From assembly GCA_030704615.1 (NCBI GenBank), contig CM060734.1, positions 31,868,001-31,932,000 of the forward strand: 64,000 bases of DNA, given 5' to 3'. This document shows, in pieces, positions 25,400-38,767 of this stretch; the stretch's first letter is position 1, and every line of letters starts with the position of its first letter. A program made the translations under genes and the position numbers. Origin of the DNA: Takakia lepidozioides (Eukaryota > Plantae > Bryophyta). The notes under the pieces are model-generated. The model had not been told where the DNA came from. It did not search any database and was given only the letters and a program-made list of their open reading frames with translations.

Positions 25400-25755
25400 C
25401 ACCGACACTGACGGCCACGATCTTCGCCGAAAACGTCAGAACCGGTGCCCTGGAGAAGGATGAATGTCCTTCTTCCATCCACCAAACGCTGACGTCCATC
25501 CATGAGCGCCAAGCCCTAAGTAAATGCGCATGCAAGGATCATTTGTGGGGGGTACTTGTTGATACGTGTAGCCTCATTATCGTAGTACACTAAATCATCG
25601 GCTGTGCGTACTAAATAGTCACTAAACTATTGTGTGTAGTAATGAGGCAGTAACCCTCGCGTGTGTGCACTAATCAGTTACTAAACTATCTTGTTTGTAC
25701 TAATGAGCCACTAAACCATCGCGTGCATGCACTAATCAGCCACTAAACTAACCCT
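25400..25755. mobile_element. Solitary Mutator-like (MULE) long terminal inverted repeat with internal ~29-bp subrepeats
   Basis: Repeated CACTAAAC / TACTAAT / GCACTAATCAG units ending ...CACTAAACTAACCCT (reverse complement AGGGTTAGTTTAGTG). No partner TIR found. Confidence 0.4.
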
Positions 25756-25780
25756 AACTGCGACACCCGAAGAGCAGTGA

Positions 25781-25998
25781 AGGGGTTAGCGGGTGAACAG
25801 CGGCACGCTCAGAGGTGGTTCGAGCCTAACCTCCGTGTATTACGGCGAGTTTTGGCTGTTCACTGGTCAGTTTCGCCGTGCTTGCACGTGTGAACCGGCT
25901 ACGCCGCTTTTCTAGTGGCTGGCGGGCTTGGCCTGCCGGTTAGACAAGCTCCCCGAGTCCCCGGGGGTGGGGTGGGCGTACCACCCGCTGGACCCCTA
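25781..25998. mobile_element. MITE-like element (PIF/Harbinger-like termini)
   Basis: Imperfect TIRs AGGGGTTAGCGGGTG and CACCCGCTGGACCCCT, with TAA at the right junction. Confidence 0.45.
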
Positions 25999-26999
25999 AT
26001 CGTCTGCCAATCTATGAAAATAACAAATAAAAAATAAAATCTAGAAAGTATAACAAGGAATTGTGGGATCAAATCCTGGTACCTTGTGGTGTGGTGTATG
26101 GTTGTGGTATACGTCAGTGTTGGTCTGTTATCATATGATTTTTCACATCTGAGTCGGGTCTAACTGAAGTGCTTTAAGAGGAAAATGATTTTGATACTAA
26201 GCAAAAAGTGGACACCATTGTGACACCAATGAACCCAGAACCACTGTCGAGGTGGTATGTGCCCATTACCACTTGGCTAACATATTCTTTCAGGTCATAT
26301 TTGTAGACGTTGATGAGGTTCTACAATCTTAAGTTTTTCAAATGATTATGAGTATGAACATGTTAAGAGCACATTGAGAAAAAAAATCAGGCCAAATAAA
26401 ATAAAAATAAAAATAAAATAAAAATAAAAAAGAGCCATTTTACATGCCCGTTCACCCATGTCCGTTGAATGATGTCACCATTGTCACTGGTACCATATGT
26501 ACCTTTTGACCACCTTCTAGGGGAAAGGGCATTGCTTGAATGTTAGGACGTTAGGACCCTTGGAGCTGCTTTGTAGTGTAGGTGTTTTTTTTTTGTTGGG
26601 GGGGGGGGGGGGGGGGGTTGTGGGGTGAAAGTATCTTTTCTCTCTCAAATTAAAACCATAGGATTTGAGAACCATAATAATAATACAAGACGGCATAAAA
26701 CCTTGTCGGTTCGTTGTTACATCAACAGTCTTTACAGTGCATGTAATAAGCAAGGGGACTACAGACCTCACCCGTGGTTCAGTAGTAACTGGTACGCCAC
26801 TTATTTACAGTACATCCCTCAAGTCATGTCGTGCGGATCAGCACACAGCACCAAGCAACCCTTCCGCCCCAAGTAAACCACCGTCTTCCAAAATCCTTCC
26901 ATCTCCTTGTCTGCACACTCCTCTGGTCCTTGCCTGAGCTCCCACTTTGGGCTATACCTTGCGAATCACCTCAGTTCTAGAACCTTCCCTAGCATTCCT

Positions 27000-27200
27000 T
27001 GGCATGGATTCCATGTGGGCCCCGCATGCTATAGCCACTTTCAAAGGGCATGCAATAGCCATGTGGGCCCAGTGCAAATAGCCAGGCTAGTTGAGCTGAG
27101 TCAGCTTGCTAGATGTTGCATGCAATAGCCATGTGCGCCCCACATGCAATAGCCACTTTGAAGGGGCATGCAATGGCCATGTGGGCCCAATGCACGCTGC
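27000..27200. repeat. Short degenerate tandem repeat
   Basis: GCCATGTGGGCCC and GCATGCAATAGCCA units recur 4-5 times. Confidence 0.6.
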
Positions 27201-30070
27201 CACTTCTATTCGGACAGCGTCGGCTCGCCTCTAGCTGATTTGATTTTTCAGGCGTTTGGGGTACATATTGGCTTTAATAATAATATATGACCCCTCCAGC
27301 AGGAAGCGTAAATTATGGTGTCACTTGACCCCAAAGGGCTACTGCCTTCCAACAAGAAGGTGATATTGGCTTTATACTAGGGACCAAGACCCAGAAAGTT
27401 AGGAATGACATGGCATCTAGGTGGGCCTTGAGAGATTGTTGGTCTAGGAACCCATGTAGTTTGGAAAACCAATTTCTGGACCCTGGACCAAGTATAGAAA
27501 CATTAAAATATTTTTCTCAAATAATCGTGATTGTTTGTTGGCTCCTCTTTAGAATAAAAAGAGACTACGCATATCAAAAGTGGCTAAGCCCCTTTTGCGC
27601 CTTCCCTAGGCGTCACCTCTCTCCTTTGTTGAGAACTACTTCATGAAGTGCCTCCAGATAACACCCTGGGGTAACATCTCTCTTATTGAACAATTTATGG
27701 AGAATACATGGATGAAACCTCAAGTTTACTATGGATGAAAGTAAATTTTGCTATTCACAAAGAGGAGCCATACGCGACTAGCCACTTGTTAGAATCAATC
27801 TGGAATGCTGAGTGGGAAAGATGAAGGTGATGGAAGGTCATACGCCTCATTTCCAGCTTCTTGGTCTTGGTCCAGTGGTCCCATGGCCTTTACACACACC
27901 CACTTTTTTGCCTAGGATATTTATATTTTAATATGCATATGGGGACCAATATCAGGACCTATTTGAAGCAAATTGGTCTGGAAGTTTCTTGGTCTTGTAG
28001 AGTGGCCCTTAAGTCAATACCCTTACTAAGGACCATGCACAAGGTATCGAGTATCGACCAATGTTGGGCGGGTCCACTATGGCCACCACTTGCTCTGTCA
28101 AAAACTTATAGTATTACTAGACTTAGATACTTATTTACCCCCAACATGCCCTCGCTTGCCACCTTGTCTCTCCTTGATCAAGGGATTTTTTGTATCTGTG
28201 CAACTGAATTTATTTTCCTTGGGAGACCAGGTAGGCTTAGAAATTGAAGGCACAACTACCACTTTGTTTATACCTGGATTGGTAACCAGCTGGTATTACA
28301 TTTGGAATACCAGTCCAGTTAATAACCATCTGCAAATACAAAATCTTCTACAGACGGAGGTTAAAATTTTGTGAATATGGAACTGGCTGGTATTGAGAAG
28401 TAAAAATATCTCAATACAAGTGTATTAAAAAGAGTAATACCCACCCAACACTACAATGTTGACCGCGAGTAGACACTCTTGTAATCTCATGGGGCCATGA
28501 CCCCCTGAGATGCACAAGACTTCACATATTGGACATTTTAGTGACCATTCAGGTTGGTTTAAACTTATTTTCTTATAATATTCTTAGGGTTGGCAACCCC
28601 CTGCAGCCGTCAACAATGGTGCAAGGCAACATCCAGGTAGAGTGCATTTTGAAACATTGACAGGGGGAAGATAGAAAGCATATTGAGGGTGAGCATGTAA
28701 AGAGGCTCTAATAACACTTGTACCAGGAGGGTAGGTTTGTTAACACTTAATTAGGGTTAGTCCATGCAGGGAACATTGAGAGGGGACTATAAAGAGCAGT
28801 ACTGGTGAGTGGCCGCACACTAGTAAAATACTGCTGCAAATCATCACTCATGCTCGCCCATCCCTGCCATCATTTTTACTAACTTACTCTGCCCACATTG
28901 GACCGCCAAATTCCCTCCATATCTCATAAAATAAGTGTAATCGAATAGAATAATCCCGCATTTATGATTTTTAAAAAACATCCCGCATTTTTCAGGACAC
29001 ACTTTCACATCATCATTTCAAAGGACCCTTCTCTCAAAAATAAAAATAAAAGAAAAAGATTGCAGTGGGGTGCAAAATGATGGATATTATGGAATATGCA
29101 GCAGTGCAGTAAGTGGAAGTAATAACAGCGGTACTTTGGGGGGGGGAACATCGATGAGGATCCTTCGTCATCCTCTCGGGAGTCGGTTCACAGTCATCCA
29201 TCCGCATCATTGATGCGTTGCAATAACGACGGCCGTAAGGGGAGCGTGAAAGGGGGGCCGGGCGGGGCCGGGTGGGGGCCCGCAGCAGATCGCGGGCGAG
29301 GCAGTTGCAGAGAATGTTGGGGCGGGTCGCGGGGGGGCCGTTTGACTGCGGCTGCGCTTAAGAAGCTGCACAGCGGCTCGCAGAGCAGCAGTGCTGAGAA
29401 GGCCGTGTGGGTGTGGATGTACTGAGGGAGAGCAGTGATGGCCGCTTTCCAGCATTCAATTTCGATCCGGCATCGCTTGCGAGATACACACACACGGTCA
29501 TTTGTACAATACGCAGCTGGGCTGAGCTCACTGGCAGTTGTAGTCGCCGTCGTTTGATTGTAGCTAATAAGGGTCAGCAAAGGAGCAGGAGATATGTTAG
29601 AAGAGGTGGGAAGGAGAGAGACAGAGAGGTGGGCTGCTAGATTTTAACAGGTTGCTAGATTCCTGGGAGTAGATACTTAAGGAGGCGAACAGAGTAGGTA
29701 ATTTGGGCGTGGGGGCCAGGTAGTGGAAAACATGGGGAGGCGCAGAGTCAAGAGTGGCGGCTATATATTTGTTAAAGAGGCTTCTGTCCCGCTCCGTCTG
29801 CAACGTGTATATGCGCTGGTATGATTTTCAACGAGTTTGAAGAGGTGGCATTCCTTTCAAACATCTCCGCAAGTTGTCACGCAGCTTGTCATGAATCTGC
29901 AAGTTTCTCCGGGGTGCTTGTGCACGGGGCGAATTTTTCTACTGTTTTGGTCGAGTTGATTTACTGAGTTTTCGTCACTGCCTTGTCAGATCAAGGAGAG
30001 GAGATAACCGAGTGCGGTGTCCAGGCTAGAAGGGCAGCAGGTTGTAGTGGGCGGGTGAGGAGGTGCAGGC

Positions 30071-32383
30071 ATGGCGACGAGAGGGCTGTCGGAGAGCTGT
30101 ATGGCCACTTCAATTTCATATTCTGAAACACTACCTCAGAAGTACGGGTCTGGAGGTGGAAGGTGGAGGTGGAGGTGTCCAGCTTGGCGACACAAAGACC
30201 AGACATTACTGAAGATCGTCATGACTACAACGGTTCCTCGGTAAGCATTCTTCCTGTTTGTTTGGATTCTTCAAACGTTTACCTCCACCTCTTCCCGTCC
30301 CCTGCCAATACCACCGTCTAGCTCTCGGTTCGATCATAATCCGTCGGAAGACATTGACCGTGATGACACTTACAATCATAGTTAGAGTCTGTCTGCGGAA
30401 AGCATCCGTTGGGAGGATAACCGGGGGGTGTAAGTGGATCTCTCAGCCTTTGCGAAGGTAAACTGCGCTGCATGGTTGGTCGCTGATGCAAATCTTGTTT
30501 CAGACTGCTGCTTCCGTTGGGATTGAGGCTCCTGGACTCTAACCAGAGGAGCCTCAACGGGAAACGGATCAGGAAAGTGCAAAGGTCGTAGAGTCGTCGT
30601 TTTAACTTCCTGGGGTTGTGCATGTCCCTTGTGGGGAGACGCTGGCAGAATTGAATTTAACACACAAGCTAGGTTCAAGCGGGTACGTGCCTGTGAGCAG
30701 TGCTGCGGGGCCCTTATTCCGAGTTATTCTAGCTAACTTCGAGCTATTTTGCCTCAGTTCCGTCATGCTCATTATGTCTATCATAGTGCACCGTGGCCTT
30801 ATGTTGTCGCAGGAAGACAAATCTAGCTGTGAACCCTGGACCTCGCAAAGTTCTCACACCCTACCAGGAGTGGAACAAAGAAAGTGCTCGAGAGATCCCC
30901 ATTGAGAAATTGAAGGTTATCGGTTCCTTGGACAACTGGGCGCAAGAGAATTTGCTACCCCTTTTGAAGCCTGTAGACAAGTGCTGGCAACCCCAGGACT
31001 TCCTCCCTGAAGCTTCATCGGAAAGTTTCTTTGATGAGGTAACGGAGCTCCGAGCCCGGGCCAGGGAACTGCCTGATGACTACGTGGTGTGTTTGGTTGG
31101 GGACATGATAACTGAAGAGGCACTTCCCACGTATCAGACGATGTTTAACACTTTTGAAGGTGTTAGAGATCAGACTGGTTGCAGTCCAACACCCTGGGGG
31201 GTGTGGATCCGGGCTTGGACGGCAGAGGAGAATAGGCATGGAGATCTTTTGAACCGGTACCTCTACCTGTCAGGACGAGTGGACATGCGGATGGTGGAGC
31301 GAACAACACAGTACTTGATCGGCTCTGGCATGGTAAGCGCATGGATCCCACTTGTTTCCTTACTTCTGTACTGAAAGTTGCAATTTGTTACTCTGCTTGA
31401 ACACAGACTGCTACGATGGGAGCGCATTTTTTGTTCATCCACTTCGGTTATGACATTGCTGCCAGGCGGCTGCAAGTAAATTAGATACAGGAATTATTGT
31501 GCAGATGGTGTATTACAGGCCAGCCATGTTTAGTAAGTAGGTGTCATGCAAGTTGCGTCAGCTACCAGGATCTGTTCACAGATAATTGCTGTGGCTGTGA
31601 ATTATACCAGAGAGGCTTCATGATGCAGCACACAGTTGCAACCCTTCAATTGATTCACCATGTGTAGCTGGTGAGATGGCTGAGATAATGCACTTGGGTC
31701 TTGCATGCTGCCAATCTACCCGATGAAGTCTTGAGGGTGCCCTTGGTGTCAGGTTCTATCCCCTTAAATTTTACAGTATGGGTGCCTAACCCTGTCTTCT
31801 ACGGTGAAATGTGCAGGAACCACAGATAGATAACAATCCCTACAATGGCTTCATATACACATCATTCCAAGAGCGTGCTACCTTCATCTCTCATGGGAAC
31901 ACTGCCCGGCATGCCAAAGAATATGGGGAACATAAGCTGGCTACCATTTGTGGCATTATAGCTTCTGATGAAAAGAGACATGAAATTGCCTATAGCCGAA
32001 TAGTAGGCAAACTCTTCGAGCTGGATCCCAGTGGCACCATGCTTTCTTTTCAGGAAATGATGAGGAAGAAGATCACCATGCCTGCCCACCTCATGTATGA
32101 TGGTGTTAATGGGAGTTTGTTTGATGATTATGCTGCTGTTGCACAGCGATGTGGGGTTTACACAGCCCTAGACTATGCAGACATTATGGAGCATTTGATA
32201 TCCTACTGGGGGGTTGAGCGATTGATGGGCCTCTCTGGAGAAGCCCAAAATGCTCAAGACTTCGTTTGTAGCCTGCCAGCCCGCATCCGCAAGCTGGCTC
32301 AACGGACCCAACAGAAAGCCAAGGGCGAAGCTCGGTGGAAGCCTTTTTCCTGGATCTACAACAAGGAGGTGGCACTCATGTAG
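30071..32383 (+). CDS. SAD: Plastidial stearoyl/acyl-ACP desaturase, join(30071..30240,30813..31332,31817..32383), 418 aa
   Basis: In-frame GT-AG splicing gives a transit-peptide-like exon 1, then [46 protein letters not shown] (di-iron ExxH motifs), MPAHLMYDG and FSWIY. No internal stops. Confidence 0.95.
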
Positions 32384-33511
32384 GGGCAATGAAGACCCCA
32401 CTTTCTGCCTCCTGCTCTCCATTTCCTTGGTCTTCAACTTTCCTAGCTATTTTAGATATTTACACGACTAGTGTAAGTATCTCATTCCTATGCACTACCC
32501 CCCATCCCTTCTTGCTGTCTCTGATGCATGTGCTTAGGATTCCAGATATGCCCTTGTCAGCTCTCTTGGTTGAGCAGGGTTGAGCTTCAGGGTAGTATGT
32601 GTCAGAAATGATTTTGGAGGAATGGTGTTCAACTTGGGATGCCAGTTACCCGTCTGCTAGGCGTTGGAGAGTCCGTTGGAGGGTCCTTGTGCCAAGCTAC
32701 ATCATTGGTCTTCACTACGGGTTAATCGGACTAGAGTCAAGGAAGATACAGCTGCTGAAAAGAGACTGACAGGTTCAGGGAACCTTAGACTCTCAAGTGA
32801 TTCTAGATGCAGTGAATGTTATGAGGATTCCTGGTGTTCCAAAAAAGAACCCAACAAGTAGTTGAAAGGAACTGGAGAGGACAAGGTAATCTCCACATGA
32901 TCAAGTGGCCCTCGAAGTGGCCGTATTTTGATCGCATGGAACAAATTTTGCCACAAATCCTAAATGTGTTTGCCATGTGCTGTTGGTACAGGGTTGAATC
33001 TGAATACAAGGTGGCCCACTAAAGATTTTGCAAAGAGATGTGAAGTTGAAATTGAAAATCTACCTTCATGACATGTAAGCACATACTTGTTATTGGAGAT
33101 ATGGTCATATCTCCGTAAGTGATTTGCGATCCAACAATTGCTCCCCACATGAAATACTGGGGATTCTTGCTAGTTCCCTAAAATCCCTCGAAATTCCCTG
33201 TGCAGAAATATAAGCTTGTCTTGGTGTACTTTGTGATATTAGAACATAACAATTCGAACTCTGGTCGCTCTGTATAACAGTTAAAATGTAATCTGATTTA
33301 TTTGTTGGATATATATAAATACACCAATGCAATTTACCCTCATCGAATTGATAAGAAATATTTCTACAATATTATAAATAAAAAACCCCAGTCTAGTGTT
33401 TTCTACAAATGAAAGCGGATGGAGGCCCTTGAAACATATTAAACTAGATATATATTAGAATATAATGAAGATATTTTTATTATGATGTCACCTTTATGCC
33501 CTGATCGCTAT

Positions 33512-34950
33512 GACCTTTGAGAAAGCCTTTGACAAGGTTGGTTGGTCCTTCCTACTGGCAGCACTCCGAAAAACAGGGCTCCCACCTAACTTCTGCCATT
33601 GGGTTCGTTGATGACACTTTCTTGCTACTCGACGCCACCCCTGAGACTTTTCAAGCTGCAGAAGAGACTCTGGCTCAGTTCTGTGAAGTATCAGGCTTCC
33701 GTGTCAACTGGCCAAGACCAAGGCCATTTTAGTTGGGGACCATTCCAAATCAACCATTGGAGTCACCCCCACATGGGGAATCAACATTGGTTTACAATGG
33801 CTTAAACCTGGTGAACCCACTACCCTGCTAGGGCACATCTTTGAGCAGAGAATGAGACCCACCCTCACCAAACTTAAATGAAAAATGTCTCACTGGGGTT
33901 CTAGATTCCTATCCAACACAGGAAGGGCACTCATCCCTAACCAAATCCTTGAGGCTGGGATCTGGTTCTTCGCCTCTATTTGGGGCCCCAACTCCGACTT
34001 CCTGAATGAGGCTAAAAGGTGCATGAGAAACTTTATCTGGGGAGCCCAGAACTCCACTCAAAATATGAGGCCACAGGTGTCATGGAGGCAAACCTGCCAG
34101 CCGAAAAAAGAAAGGAGGTTTAGGAGTTCTCGATCCTGAAATGCAAATCCAAGCACTCCTCGGGAAATGGCTCCCCAGATTTCTGAGGCCAGAGGGAGGA
34201 TGGTGGAAGCTGCTTGTGCATGATAATATAGCCTACAACTCCCCCCTCTTGAGCACGCACTGGAAACAATCTACCAGGTGGATATCTCAGGGTTTCAATC
34301 ATAAGTCAGTGGGCTCACCACTATGGAGATCTATCTAGAAGGCCTGGAACAGATTCAGACCTTTCCTAATCAAATCGGAGCCCACCACCTACCAGGAAAC
34401 AATGAGACAACACCTATTCCTCAACAGGCCAAATCCTCACTCCACTACAAAGGAGCCAAGCCAAACACTGGGCGGCCTGGGAAGCTCGAGGGTACTCCCA
34501 AATACATCATTTATGGAACAACACTCCAGATTCCCTTTGCATGGCTCTAGGGACAAACAGACTAATTGTTGGTATACAGACCATTATCCAGGACATCCCC
34601 GATACATGGAAATTGATCCTCCGTGATGGCAAGGAGCAGCATAGGGAGCACAATTGGGTTCAAACCCCCAACCAACCTTTTTCGGTACTCTTTGCAACTG
34701 CATCCACCCCAGACTCTATCTCTGGAATAGGATTCACGGCTGATCCCTTCACAGGATTGCTCACCATATACTCTAGCCAAGGCCCTACCCATTAGAGTCT
34801 GCCAATGGTCTAGTAAAGACAAAGAAATCAACCCACCAGCCCCAGTGGACAAACCTGCCGTAGACTGGATTGTTTAACAACACCTTTGCCTGGATTGGAG
34901 GGGTTCAAATCCAAGATCTCCAACTTGATCCTGGGGAGTGGGAATGGAAT
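33512..34950 (+). mobile_element. Degenerate L1/Tx1-clade LINE reverse-transcriptase fragment
   Basis: D-FEKAFDKVGWSFL, FVDDTFLLL (FADD-like), SGFRVNW, GRALIPNQIL, NFIWG and VSWRQTCQPK..GGLGV, with many frameshifts. Confidence 0.8.
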
Positions 34951-35662
34951 CTGGATGTGGGCATAATTTGGACCAAGGTGTAGGTGTGAAGAGAGTCACT
35001 CCCTCACCAGAGGGATTTTGAATTTGAGCAATATTTCATTGCATCTTTGTGGAGGCCAAATCCCACTTTCTAAATCTTTGTAATGATGGTAGTTTGACAC
35101 CCCCCCCCAGAAACACTTACAAAGCACCCCCATGCTAAACCTGACTTTTGCCCCTCATTTTTTGCATGGACATGGCATTCCTACTACAGATTAGGAATGT
35201 GTGGAATAAACACTCCACAAAAATCTTAAAGCCTCTCAAATTAGTTGGACAAGGCTAAGAAACAATGTTTTCAAAAACAGAAACAAATAATCCATCCTCC
35301 CTAAAACCATATAATCTCCCATATTTGACGGTGAAACAAGTTCATTTTTGGTGAGTGCATGCAGGTGCCAGATGCGCACTTAGGAGTAAGGTCCATTTTT
35401 CTGGATGATTTTTGATAGGTAGTTAGCCTCATTTTACTGGGCATGGGTAGTAATTTTTAGGTGTCAAAAAATGAACCATATAGGAAGTTAAGGGTTAAGA
35501 CACATTCCTTCAAAATATACCATCAATATGTATTGCTCATATACAAGAATTAAAATAGAGTTTGAGTTCCATTCTTCAATATCAATTCTTAATCCCTAAT
35601 GGACGAGCCCGTTTTTGGTGGGCCCATTCCAAAACGGAACATGCCCTCATGCTTGAGGACAC

Positions 35663-36580
35663 AAGGTAGATGAACCTATTCTGACTCATTTAAGAAACAC
35701 AGCAGAATTGAGAGATGCACCTTTGGTACTAATATTTTCTAACGTTGGCAAATGTAAATAAGAATTATTGCCAAAAAAAACAAATGACGAAATCCGTAAT
35801 ATTGGTGAATATTCAAAGTGAAAATACATAAAATACCCATTGTGGGCCAATAGAGGGTACTATTTTGGCAACCCAACCGCGACGGCCTAATGTCCTTAAA
35901 GAGGCTTTTAATCCCTTTACTGACTAATATGTACTCTAAATGTGATCTAGTCATGCTAGCAAATTGCTCATGCAATTATATAAAATAAACCTTTCGCTCC
36001 TAGGAAATTGAGCTCGAGTAACTACTCTACCTTTCCATCTCCATATGCATGGGGGCCCACCACCATCCCAAAATTGACCACGACTTGCTTACTACTCAAG
36101 TGGAGTGTAAAAACTAATCGTTGGCTTCCTAAAACTGAACAAGATGGAACTCAAATGTGATCAGCGATCGTGACCTTAATTGCTCGGAGGCGTTCCCAAA
36201 ATGACTTAAGTACTTCTCTCTAACTGTGCAGTAATATCTAAAATATGGACCGTCAGTCATTAATCTTTGAGTTAAGAAAATTTACTACAATTACCATTCT
36301 GGCCCAGCACGTGACTTATGTTGGAAAACCACTGGCATGTGCTCGGGCTAGGGATTGAACGAAGGACCCAAGCCCCCATTCCGGTGGGGCTCTACCAGTG
36401 AGCTACCCGTCCCGTTATGTTCTCATAGTGCCGTGCAAACGGCTATAGCCTTGACACCTCCAACAACCTAATCTGGACCACTCATAATGAAAGCGCCTTT
36501 TAGAATTTGCATCTGGTTGGTTTTATATATTTTACTAGGGGTCCATTTTAGAAAGTGGTGCGAATTAGGTTCATCTACCT
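35663..36580. mobile_element. Putative non-autonomous TIR element containing a tRNA-like cassette
   Basis: AAGGTAGATGAACCTA (~35663-35679) is inverted as TAGGTTCATCTACCTT (~36566-36581). TSD not clean. Confidence 0.4.
36345..36413 (-). other. tRNA-like Pol III A/B-box relic (not an intact tRNA)
   Basis: Minus strand TAGCTCACTGGTAGAGC ... GTTCAATCCC with a GC stem-loop between. Similar relics at 736-805, 26220-26280, 37488-37558, 49634-49700 and 49955-50012. Confidence 0.6.
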
Positions 36581-38767
36581 TATTTGTCATTTGACAAATA
36601 TCCAGGGGGTTGAACCGTATGAAAGTAATCCTACCTACTTCAGGAACCTACTGTAAAAATTTCATTTGATTTCACTGTGTCATTACGAAGATTATAACAA
36701 AAATGCAAGCTGTAAATGTTTACTGTGCTGTAGTTTTGGAGTGAAAAAATGGTTTGACCAAGCAATTGGCCTGGCAAAATGAGATTTTCAATTGATACAG
36801 GCCATCCAGATTCTAATTGCCTGGGCATGTAGAGCACCTTGGGCCAAAATTCCAAAACCAAATTCCAAAACCACATGAGGTTTGCTTTGTATGGGAAAAT
36901 AGGTAGGTCAAAAAGACCATCCATTACAATTGACCCCAAATCTGCCTCAAATGTGTCCAATTTGTCATCACAATGTGAATTCCTCTTGTCATATTGGTCC
37001 TTGCGTGGAAACTCACTACCACAAAAAATTTGGAACCATTCTAACATGCATAGATGAATTTTCTAACCTATCTACATGCAAAATGAATTTTCATTGGTAC
37101 AGGCCACCCATATCCTGCCACGTGGGGAGGCCAAAGCTGCTGGAGGGCCCTGAATTGGGTACCCCTGCACACTGAAAAAATTACTGACGGGAGTGCTTTT
37201 ATTATTTTAGGGTGCCATAAAGACAGACAGGTGCATGACTTCACGGCACACAACTTTCACTCAGAAAGATTTTTCATCCGAGGTCATCCAACGATTTGCC
37301 ACAATTTCTGATTTTTGGGTCGCGTCGTCCATTAGGGGTTAAACATGTTAAGAATAGTTGTATGCCTCAAGGCTCATAGATTACTATAGCATGGATGGGT
37401 GGGAGCTGGCCTAATAATAATATATGACGCCTCCTCCTTCAGGAAGCATAAATCATGGTGTCACTCGACCCAAAGGACACAACTTTGTGACACCAATCCG
37501 TGGATTGAACCCACAACCACTTTCGAGGTGGTATGTGGCCATTACCACTCGGCTACAACTTGGTGGGGGCTGGCAGGCTGCAGCGGCCTATTGCTCCTCC
37601 CTTCCACACACATTGCAAAACCTACCACATCTAAGGTGGACCCCGCATGCCCCACCTAAAATTAAGACCCAGACCCTCACCCGCTACACTGGCCCGTAGG
37701 TAGCGGGTTTAAAGGGTTCTGGACCTAGCAAGCGGGTTCGGGTCCGGTTGCAGGTCATTTTAGAAATGAACCCGGGTCTGGTATAGACCCTTAGAGGCAC
37801 CCTCCATAGGCAAATGATATGGGATATGGTTTCTGAATGACCTACATTATGCTAAGGGTGGACCCAGGAGATTGAGGCGCTGCATGTACTTTTCTACAGT
37901 TGTCGCCAAACACTTTCTTACCTTCCGAAACCCCTTTTAGAGCCCTCCCCTCCTTTATATGCCCTCTCATGGCCGCGGGCCCGACCTTGCCAAGCCGTGT
38001 TGGCGGAGCCTTTAAAAGGCTGCTCCATCCCCACACAACCCCCAAACCCCGATTCCCACCAGTTGACACTTGTACCTAGTCTCACCTCCATTGCGAGCCC
38101 GCCATTGGCTCCTCCCATGTACTCTCTGTTTTGGACCTTCGCAAACAAATTACTATGGATTGGGGTACTTATTTTATATACCGTTCCGGTACAAATTTTG
38201 AACGACTAGCAATCATAAAACTTGTCAATTTATGTAGCTATGTTGTATTATGATTTTGCACTTTGCCGTTGGTATTGTACCACCACTGTATGAGAACATC
38301 TAAATGATTGTTAACCCCTAAAGGACTAGCACTTTTTTTGGGTGGGCCTGCTAGAAAAGGGTGCATACCCTCATGGCCGAGGGTCTAACGTTTTATCCCC
38401 AATCATCCATAGAGTTACATCTTATATTTATGTGCATATCTACTACAACTACATCATGTGATAAAATGCAGGCAAAGTTGACCATTGCATTCATGAGATT
38501 ATAGTAAAATAATGTGCCCCAATTTTTAAACGCATTCCAAACTTGCATGTAAAAATGTTTTGACTACCAAATTCAAGTATCGAGTTGAATTTTCCCAAAT
38601 GTATGCCCTCCACAATCTGATTATATGGCACCTAAATGAATGTCTCCCCCAAAAATCAGACCGAAAGTCCAAAAATTGAGATCTAGATTGCTATGTATGT
38701 GAAATATGGGGGATAGATTGTCAGATTTTGGAGCCATAAGGTAATATTTGCTTTCTAATCACAACTC

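Noticed and set aside
29194-29640. GC-rich ORFs upstream of the desaturase as a separate gene
   Set aside because: No recognisable domain, and ORFs on both strands are expected from GC content; more likely promoter or TE-derived sequence.
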